A DNA stretch of 64,000 nucleotides from contig OZ024754.1 of the NCBI GenBank assembly GCA_964016885.1, positions 9,424,001-9,488,000 on the forward strand. Direction: 5' to 3'. A model generated the notes under the pieces. It had not been told where the DNA came from, did no database searches, and was given only the letters and a program-made list of their open reading frames with translations. The DNA is from Eledone cirrhosa. Taxonomy: Eukaryota. The translations under genes were made by a program, and so were the position numbers. Shown piece after piece: positions 53,873 to 64,000 of the stretch (position 1 is the first letter of the stretch; each line of letters opens with the position of its first letter).

Positions 53873-54409
53873 ACATGTGGGAATATGTACATGTATATAT
53901 ATATATGTGTAATTACATAATATTTGTGTATGCATCTATGAATATATTGCATGTATATATGTGTATATGTTTACATAATCTCTTGTCACTGATGTTGTCC
54001 AAGGGAAAGGCACAATGGCCGATACAGCTTGGCACCAGTGGTGTCGCAACTCATTTCTACAGCTGAGTGAACTGGAAATAAAGTGAAATAAGAGTGAAAT
54101 AAAGTGTCTTGCTCAAGGACACAACACATCACCCGGTCCGAGAATCGAACTCACAACCTTTCAGTTGCAAGCCCAATGCTCTAACCACTAAGCCATGCAC
54201 CTACATATATCCAATACAAGCATAAAAATAGATGTATTATGATGATGATGATGATGATGTTGATAAAATATTACATGATGATGATGATGATGGTGATAAA
54301 ATATTATATGATATATGTTTAATCCACATCCAGACTATATTTTTATTTTCATTTTTATAATCTATTTATCTTTTTTTATTTTTTTATTTTAAATATTTGG
54401 ATATGATAT

Positions 54410-54770
54410 TAGGAAATGTTGATAAATGTGAAAGGTTTGGAGGAAGGGAGATTACATTCAGCTGACACAACAAAGGGACCAGCTATCAAATTTGACAGTT
54501 ATAGGGCCAAAGAAGCAATGAAGGAGATGAAAAATGGTAAAACTACTGATCCATTAGAGATAGTTGCTAAGAGGTTGAAATCTTCTGGGAGGTGTGGGGG
54601 GAGATGAAGAAGGAGTTGAACTAGTCACTGGTATGGTCAGGTACTACATGATAAAGGTCATACATAATAACTGGTGAAACGGTATAGTCATTAGATGTTA
54701 CACAGTATGAAAGGAATGAATCAAGTTTGGAAAGTGACAGACAGACTGAGAGGTAGATAGAAAGATAGAA
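54410..54770 (+). mobile_element. Highly decayed RTE RT N-terminal fragment
   Basis: KGPAIKFDSYRAKEAMKEMKNGKTTDPLEIVAKRLKSSG resembles the RT domain-0 'A.K.MK.GKA.GP.GI.AE.LK' motif. Confidence 0.55.
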
Positions 54771-54881
54771 GAAAAATCATGGTAATTTTATTCTCTGCTA
54801 CAAACTCAGGTGCTGCCACCTGCAGAAGAGAGGAGCATTAGAAAAAACAGCAGGGTTTGACAGACCTCTCCCCTTTCAAGG

Positions 54882-57800
54882 TGGTTCTGGGGTGCTACAT
54901 GCTGGTTCTGGGGTGTTACATGCTGGTTCTGGGGTGCTACATGCTGGTTCTGGGATGTTACATGCTGGTTCTGGGGTGCTACATGCTGGTTCTGGGATGT
55001 TACATGCTGGTTCTGGGGTGCTACATGCTGGTTCTGGGGTGCTACATGCTGGTTCTGGGGTGCTACATGCTGGTTCTGGGGTGCTACATGCTGGATCTGG
55101 GGTGCTACATGCTGGTTCTGGGGTGCTACATGCTGGTTCTGGGGTGTTACATGCTGGTTCTGGGGTGCTACATGCTGGTTCTGGGGTGTTACATGCTGGT
55201 TCTGGGGTGCTACATGCTGGTTCTGGGGTGCTACATGCTGGTTCTGGGGTGCTACATGCTGGTTCTGGGGTGCTACATGCTGGTTCTGGGATGTTACATG
55301 CTGGTTCTGGGGTGCTACATGCTGGTTCTGGGGTGCTACATGCTGGTTCTGGGATGCTACATGCTGGTTCTGGGGTGCTACATGCTGGTTCTGGGGTGCT
55401 ACATGCTGGTTCTGGGGTGCTACATGCTGGTTCTGGGGTGCTACATGCTGGTTCTGGGGTGTTACATGCTGGTTCTGGGATGTTACATGCTGGTTCTGGG
55501 GTGCTACATGCTGGTTCTGGGGTGCTACATGCTGGTTCTGGGATGCTACATGCTGGTTCTGGGGTGCTACATGCTGGTTCTGGGGTGCTACATGCTGGTT
55601 CTGGGGTGTTACATGCTGGTTCTGGGATGTTACATGCTGGTTCTGGGGTGCTACATGCTGGTTCTGGGGTGCTACATGCTGGTTCTGGGGTGCTACATGC
55701 TGGTTCTGGGGTGCTACATGCTGGTTCTGGGATGTTACATGCTGGTTCTGGGGTGCTACATGCTGGTTCTGGGGTGTTACATGCTGGTTCTGGGGTGTTA
55801 CATGCTGGTTCTGGGGTGCTACATGCTGGTTCTGGGGTGCTACATGCTGGTTCTGGGGTGCTACATGCTGGTTCTGGGGTGCTACATGCTGGTTCTGGGG
55901 TGCTACATGCTGGTTCTGGGGTGCTACATGCTGGTTCTGGGGTGCTACATGCTGGTTCTGGGGTGCTACATGCTGGTTCTGGGGTGCTACATGCTGGTTC
56001 TGGGGTGCTACATGCTGGTTCTGGGATGTTACATGCTGGTTCTGGGGTGCTACATGCTGGTTCTGGGGTGCTACATGCTGGTTCTGGGGTGCTACATGCT
56101 GGTTCTGGGGTGCTACATGCTGGTTCTGGGGTGCTACATGCTGGTTCTGGGGTGCTACATGCTGGTTCTGGGATGCTACATGCTGGTTCTGGGGTGTTAC
56201 ATGCTGGTTCTGGGGTGCTACATGCTGGTTCTGGGGTGCTACATGCTGGTTCTGGGGTGCTACATGCTGGTTCTGGGGTGCTACATGCTGGTTCTGGGGT
56301 GCTACATGCTGGTTCTGGGGTGCTACATGCTGGTTCTGGGATGTTACATGCTGGATCTGGGGTGCTACATGCTGGTTCTGGGGTGCTACATGCTGGTTCT
56401 GGGGTGCTACATGCTGGTTCTGGGGTGCTACATGCTGGTTCTGGGGTGCTACATGCTGGTTCTGGGGTGCTACATGCTGGTTCTGGGGTGCTACATGCTG
56501 GTTCTGGGGTGCTACATGCTGGTTCTGGGATGTTACATGCTGGTTCTGGGATGTTACATGCTGGTTCTGGGGTGCTACATGCTGGTTCTGGGGTGCTACA
56601 TGTTGGTTCTGGGGTGCTACATGCTGGTTCTGGGGTGCTACATGCTGGTTCTGGGGTGCTACATGCTGGTTCTGGGGTGCTACATGCTGGTTCTGGGGTG
56701 CTACATGCTGGTTCTGGGATGTTACATGCTGGTTCTGGGGTGCTACATGCTGGTTCTGGGGTGCTACATGCTGGTTCTGGGGTGCTACATGCTGGTTCTG
56801 GGGTGCTACATGCTGGTTCTGGGGTGCTACATGCTGGTTCTGGGGTGCTACATGCTGGTTCTGGGATGTTACATGCTGGTTCTGGGATGTTACATGCTGG
56901 TTCTGGGGTGCTACATGCTGGTTCTGGGGTGCTACATGCTGGTTCTGGGGTGCTACATGCTGGTTCTGGGGTGCTACATGCTGGTTCTGGGGTGCTACAT
57001 GCTGGTTCTGGGGTGCTACATGCTGGTTCTGGGATGTTACATGCTGGTTCTGGGATGTTACATGCTGGTTCTGGGGTGCTACATGCTGGTTCTGGGGTGC
57101 TACATGCTGGTTCTGGGGTGCTACATGCTGGTTCTGGGGTGCTACATGCTGGTTCTGGGGTGCTACATGCTGGTTCTGGGGTGCTACATGCTGGTTCTGG
57201 GGTGCTACATGCTGGTTCTGGGGTGCTACATGCTGGTTCTGGGATGTTACATGCTGGTTCTGGGATGTTACATGCTGGTTCTGGGGTGCTACATGCTGGT
57301 TCTGGGGTGCTACATGCTGGTTCTGGGGTGCTACATGCTGGTTCTGGGATGTTACATGCTGGTTCTGGGGTGCTACATGCTGGTTCTGGGGTGCTACATG
57401 ATGGTTCTGGGGTGTTACATGTTGGTTCTGGGATGTTACATGCTGGTTCTGGGGTGCTACATGCTGGTTCTGGGGTGCTACATGCTGGTTCTGGGGTGCT
57501 ACATGCTGGTTCTGGGGTGCTACATGCTGGTTCTGGGATGTTACATGCTGGTTCTGGGGTGCTACATGCTGGTTCTGGGGTGCTACATGCTGGTTCTGGG
57601 ATGCTACATGCTGGTTCTGGGATGTTACATGCTGGTTCTGGGGTGCTACATGCTGGTTCTGGGATGCTACATGCTGGTTCTGGGGTGCTACATGCTGGTT
57701 CTGGGATGCTACATTCTGGTTCTGGGATGTTACATGCTGGTTCTGGGGTGCTACATGCTGGTTCTGGGGTGTTACATGCTGGTTCTGGGGTGCTACATGC

Positions 57801-60800
57801 TGGTTCTGGGATGCTACATGCTGGTTCTGGGATGCTACATGCTGGTTCTGGGGTGCTACATGCTGGTTCTGGGGTGCTACATGCTGGTTCTGGGATGCTA
57901 CATGCTGGTTCTGGGATGTTACATGCTGGTTCTGGGGTGCTACATGCTGGTTCTGGGGTGTTACATGCTGGTTCTGGGGTGCTACATGCTGGTTCTGGGA
58001 TGCTACATGCTGGTTCTGGGATGCTACATGCTGGTTCTGGGATGTTACATGCTGGTTCTGGGGTGCTACATGCTGGTTCTGGGGTGCTACATGCTGGATC
58101 TGGGATGCTACATGCTGGTTCTGGGGTGCTACATGCTGGTTCTGGGGTGCTACATGCTGGTTCTGGGATGCTACATGCTGGTTCTGGGGTGCTACATGCT
58201 GGTTCTGGGGTGATACATGCTGGTTCTGGGGTGCTACATGCTGGTTCTGGGGTGCTACATGCTGGTTCTGGGGTGCTACATGCTGGTTCTGGGGTGCTAC
58301 ATGCTGGTTCTGGGATGCTACATGCTGGTTCTGGGGTGCTACATGCTGGTTCTGGGATGCTACATGCTGGTTCTGGGATGCTACATGCTGGTTCTGGGGT
58401 GCTACATGCTGGTTCTGGGGTGCTACATGCTGGTTCTGGGGTGTTACATGCTGGTTCTGGGATGTTACATGCTGGTTCTGGGATGCTACATGCTGGTTCT
58501 GGGATGCTACATGCTGGTTCTGGGGTGCTACATGCTGGTTCTGGGGTGCTACATGCTGGTTCTGGGGTGCTACATGCTGGTTCTGGGGTGCTACATGCTG
58601 GTTCTGGGGTGCTACATGCTGGTTCTGGGATGTTACATGCTGGTTCTGGGGTGCTACATGCTGGTTCTGGGGTGCTACATGCTGGTTCTGGGGTGTTACA
58701 TGCTGGTTCTGGGGTGCTACATGCTGGTTCTGGGGTGCTACATGCTGGTTCTGGGATGCTACATGCTGGTTCTGGGATGCTACATGCTGGTTCTGGGATG
58801 CTACATGCTGGTTCTGGGATGCTACATGCTGGTTCTGGGATGCTACATGCTGGTTCTGGGGTGCTACATGCTGGTTCTGGGATGCTACATGCTGGTTCTG
58901 GGATGCTACATGCTGGTTCTGGGATGCTACATGCTGGTTCTGGGGTGCTACATGCTGGTTCTGGGGTGCTACATGCTGGTTCTGGGATGTTACATGCTGG
59001 TTCTGGGGTGCTACATGCTGGTTCTGGGGTGCTACATGCTGGTTCTGGGGTGCTACATGCTGGTTCTGGGGTGCTACATGCTGGTTCTGGGGTGCTACAT
59101 GCTGGTTCTGGGGTGTTACATGCTGGTTCTGGGGTGCTACATGCTGGTTCTGGGGTGCTACATGCTGGTTCTGGGGTGCTACATGCTGGTTCTGGGATGC
59201 TACATGCTGGTTCTGGGATGCTACATGCTGGTTCTGGGGTGCTACATGCTGGTTCTGGGGTGCTACATGCTGGTTCTGGGGTGCTACATGCTGGTTCTGG
59301 GGTGCTACATGCTGGTTCTGGGATGTTACATGCTGGTTCTGGGGTGCTACATGCTGGTTCTGGGATGTTACATGCTGGTTCTGGGGTGCTACATGCTGGT
59401 TCTGGGATGTTACATGCTGGTTCTGGGGTGCTACATGCTGGTTCTGGGGTGCTACATGCTGGTTCTGGGATGTTACATGCTGGTTCTGGGGTGCTACATG
59501 CTGGTTCTGGGGTGCTACATGCTGGTTCTGGGGTGCTACATGCTGGTTCTGGGGTGCTACATGCTGGTTCTGGGGTGCTACATGCTGGTTCTGGGGTGCT
59601 ACATGCTGGTTCTGGGGTGCTACATGCTGGTTCTGGGGTGTTACATGCTGGTTCTGGGGTGCTACATGCTGGTTCTGGGGTGCTACATGCTGGTTCTGGG
59701 GTGCTACATGCTGGTTCTGGGGTGCTACATGCTGGTTCTGGGGTGCTACATGCTGGTTCTGGGATGTTACATGCTGGTTCTGGGGTGCTACATGCTGGTT
59801 CTGGGATGTTACATGCTGGTTCTGGGGTGCTACATGCTGGTTCTGGGATGTTACATGCTGGTTCTGGGGTGCTACATGCTGGTTCTGGGGTGCTACATGC
59901 TGGTTCTGGGATGTTACATGCTGGTTCTGGGGTGCTACATGCTGGTTCTGGGGTGCTACATGCTGGTTCTGGGGTGCTACATGCTGGTTCTGGGGTGCTA
60001 CATGCTGGTTCTGGGATGTTACATGCTGGTTCTGGGGTGCTACATGCTGGTTCTGGGATGTTAAATGCTGGTTCTGGGGTGCTACATGCTGGTTCTGGGA
60101 TGTTACATGCTGGTTCTGGGGTGCTACATGCTGGTTCTGGGGTGCTACATGCTGGTTCTGGGATGTTACATGCTGGTTCTGGGGTGCTACATGCTGGTTC
60201 TGGGGTGCTACATGCTGGTTCTGGGGTGCTACATGCTGGTTCTGGGGTGCTACATGCTGGTTCTGGGGTGCTACATGCTGGTTCTGGGGTGCTACATGCT
60301 GGTTCTGGGGTGTTACATGCTGGTTCTGGGGTGCTACATGCTGGTTCTGGGGTGCTACATGCTGGTTCTGGGATGTTACATGCTGGTTCTGGGGTGCTAC
60401 ATGCTGGTTCTGGGGTGCTACATGCTGGTTCTGGGGTGCTACATGCTGGTTCTGGGGTGCTACATGCTGGTTGTGGGGTGTTACATGCTGGTTCTGGGGT
60501 GCTACATGCTGGTTCTGGGGTGCTACATGCTGGTTCTGGGATGTTACATGCTGGTTCTGGGGTGCTACATGCTGGTTCTGGGGTGCTACATGCTGGTTCT
60601 GGGGTGCTACATGCTGGTTCTGGGGTGCTACATGCTGGTTCTGGGGTGCTACATGCTGGTTCTGGGGTACTACATGCTGGTTCTGGGATGCTACATGCTG
60701 GTTCTGGGGTGCTACATGCTGGTTCTGGGGTGCTACATGCTGGTTCTGGGATGTTACATGCTGGTTCTGGGGTGCTACATGCTGGTTCTGGGATGTTACA

Positions 60801-63800
60801 TGCTGGTTCTGGGGTGCTACATGCTGGTTCTGGGGTGCTACATGCTGGTTCTGGGGTGCTACATGCTGGTTCTGGGGTGCTACATGCTGGTTCTGGGGTG
60901 CTACATGCTGGTTCTGGGGTGCTACATGCTGGTTCTGGGATGTTACATGCTGGTTCTGGGGTGCTACATGCTGGTTCTGGGATGTTACATGCTGGTTCTG
61001 GGGTGCTACATGCTGGTTCTGGGATGTTACATGCTGGTTCTGGGGTGCTACATGCTGGTTCTGGGGTGCTACATGCTGGTTCTGGGGTGCTACATGCTGG
61101 TTCTGGGGTGCTACATGCTGGTTCTGGGGTGCTACATGCTGGTTCTGGGGTGCTACATGCTGGTTCTGGGGTGCTACATGCTGGTTCTGGGGTGTTACAT
61201 GCTGGTTCTGGGGTGCTACATGCTGGTTCTGGGGTGCTACATGCTGGTTCTGGGGTGCTACATGCTGGTTCTGGGGTGCTACATGCTGGTTCTGGGATGT
61301 TACATGCTGGTTCTGGGGTGCTACATGCTGGTTCTGGGATGTTACATGCTGGTTCTGGGGTGCTACATGCTGGTTCTGGGGTGCTACATGCTGGTTCTGG
61401 GATGCTACATGCTGGTTCCGGGATGTTACATGCTGGTTCTGGGGTGCTACATGCTGGTTCTGGGGTGCTACATGCTGGTTCTGGGATGCTACATGCTGGT
61501 TCTGGGGTGCTACATGCTGGTTCTGGGGTGCTACATGCTGGTTCTGGGATGTTACATGCTGGTTCTGGGGTGCTACATGCTGGTTCTGGGGTGCTACATG
61601 CTGGTTCTGGGGTGCTACATGCTGGTTCTGGGGTGCTACATGCTGGTTCTGGGATGCTACATGCTGGTTCTGGGGTGCTACATGCTGGTTCTGGGATGCT
61701 ACATGCTGGTTCTGGGGTGCTACATGCTGGTTCTGGGATGTTACATGCTGGTTCTGGGGTGCTACATGCTGGTTCTGGGGTGCTACATGCTGGTTCTGGG
61801 ATGTTACATGCTGGTTCTGGGGTGCTACATGCTGGTTCTGGGGTGCTACATGCTGGATCTGGGATGCTACATGCTGGTTCTGGGGTGCTACATGCTGGTT
61901 CTGGGGTGCTACATGCTGGTTCTGGGATGTTACATGCTGGTTCTGGGGTGCTACATGCTGGTTCTGGGGTGCTACATGCTGGATCTGGGATGCTACATGC
62001 TGGTTCTGGGGTGCTACATGCTGGTTCTGGGATGTTACATGCTGGTTCTGGGGTGCTACATGCTGGTTCTGGGGTGCTACATGCTGGTTCTGGGGTGCTA
62101 CATGCTGGTTCTGGGATGTTACATGCTGGTTCTGGGGTGCTACATGCTGGTTCTGGGGTGCTACATGCTGGTTCTGGGGTGCTACATGCTGGTTCTGGGG
62201 TGCTACATGCTGGTTCTGGGGTGCTACATGCTGGTTCTGGGATGTTACATGCTGGTTCTGGGGTGCTACATGCTGGTTCTGGGATGTTACATGCTGGTTC
62301 TGGGGTGCTACATGCTGGTTCTGGGGTGCTACATGCTGGTTCTGGGGTGCTACATGCTGGTTCTGGGGTGCTACATGCTGGTTCTGGGGTGCTACATGCT
62401 GGTTCTGGGGTACTACATGCTGGTTCTGGGATGCTACATGCTGGTTCTGGGGTGCTACATGCTGGTTCTGGGGTGCTACATGCTGGTTCTGGGATGTTAC
62501 ATGCTGGTTCTGGGGTGCTACATGCTGGTTCTGGGATGTTACATGCTGGTTCTGGGGTGCTACATGCTGGTTCTGGGGTGCTACATGCTGGTTCTGGGGT
62601 GCTACATGCTGGTTCTGGGGTGCTACATGCTGGTTCTGGGGTGCTACATGCTGGTTCTGGGGTGCTACATGCTGGTTCTGGGATGTTACATGCTGGTTCT
62701 GGGGTGCTACATGCTGGTTCTGGGATGTTACATGCTGGTTCTGGGGTGCTACATGCTGGTTCTGGGGTGCTACATGCTGGTTCTGGGGTGCTACATGCTG
62801 GTTCTGGGGTGCTACATGCTGGTTCTGGGGTGCTACATGCTGGTTCTGGGGTGCTACATGCTGGTTCTGGGGTGCTACATGCTGGTTCTGGGGTGCTACA
62901 TGCTGGTTCTGGGGTGTTACATGCTGGTTCTGGGGTGCTACATGCTGGTTCTGGGGTGCTACATGCTGGTTCTGGGGTGCTACATGCTGGTTCTGGGGTG
63001 CTACATGCTGGTTCTGGGATGTTACATGCTGGTTCTGGGGTGCTACATGCTGGTTCTGGGATGTTACATGCTGGTTCTGGGGTGCTACATGCTGGTTCTG
63101 GGATGTTACATGCTGGTTCTGGGGTGCTACATGCTGGTTCTGGGGTGCTACATGCTGGTTCTGGGATGCTACATGCTGGTTCTGGGATGTTACATGCTGG
63201 TTCTGGGGTGCTACATGCTGGTTCTGGGGTGCTACATGCTGGTTCTGGGATGCTACATGCTGGTTCTGGGGTGCTACATGCTGGTTCTGGGGTGCTACAT
63301 GCTGGTTCTGGGATGTTACATGCTGGTTCTGGGGTGCTACATGCTGGTTCTGGGGTGCTACATGCTGGTTCTGGGGTGCTACATGCTGGTTCTGGGGTGC
63401 TACATGCTGGTTCTGGGATGCTACATGCTGGTTCTGGGGTGCTACATGCTGGTTCTGGGATGCTACATGCTGGTTCTGGGGTGCTACATGCTGGTTCTGG
63501 GATGTTACATGCTGGTTCTGGGGTGCTACATGCTGGTTCTGGGGTGCTACATGCTGGTTCTGGGATGTTACATGCTGGTTCTGGGGTGCTACATGCTGGT
63601 TCTGGGGTGCTACATGCTGGATCTGGGATGCTACATGCTGGTTCTGGGGTGCTACATGCTGGTTCTGGGGTGCTACATGCTGGTTCTGGGATGTTACATG
63701 CTGGTTCTGGGGTGCTACATGCTGGTTCTGGGGTGCTACATGCTGGATCTGGGATGCTACATGCTGGTTCTGGGGTGCTACATGCTGGTTCTGGGATGTT

Positions 63801-64000
63801 ACATGCTGGTTCTGGGGTGCTACATGCTGGTTCTGGGGTGCTACATGCTGGTTCTGGGGTGCTACATGCTGGTTCTGGGATGTTACATGCTGGTTCTGGG
63901 GTGCTACATGCTGGTTCTGGGGTGCTACATGCTGGTTCTGGGGTGCTACATGCTGGTTCTGGGGTGCTACATGCTGGTTCTGGGATGTTACATGCTGGTT
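54882..64000. repeat. 21-bp satellite (TGGTTCTGGG[G/A]TG[C/T]TACATGC), about 434 units, running off the window
   Basis: Uninterrupted 21-bp period with no indels noticed. Confidence 0.99.

Noticed and set aside
800-53952. Many YI/HT/CV/TT-rich ORFs, some over 300 aa
   Set aside because: They are translations of microsatellites and minisatellites that lack stops, with no domain content or exon structure.
54857-60064. 1118-aa and 615-aa LVLGCYM ORFs as genes
   Set aside because: They are pure satellite translations with in-frame stops and no unique coding flanks.

Overview
AT-rich, microsatellite-dense eukaryotic DNA. The SINE/RTE content and repeat style suggest an octopus-like mollusc (inference). 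I found no convincing host protein-coding gene; nearly all long ORFs are translations of simple repeats. Bases 1-7515 recur almost identically at 13304-20820 and end at a 200-N gap, probably an assembly duplication. The window holds two tRNA-derived SINE families, decayed RTE, CR1 and Ingi/Vingi-like LINE fragments, mariner, piggyBac, hAT and pogo-type MITEs, many minisatellites, and a 21-bp satellite of more than 9 kb with a ~1.75-kb higher-order period. The main hidden signal is a set of short elements sitting in (TA)n tracts, often folded back as inverted repeats, that carry type I hammerhead ribozyme motifs (CUGANGA...GAAA...UH) from several unrelated sequence families. One lies next to a Penelope GIY-YIG endonuclease C-terminus, pointing to a diverse population of Penelope-like or retrozyme-like elements.
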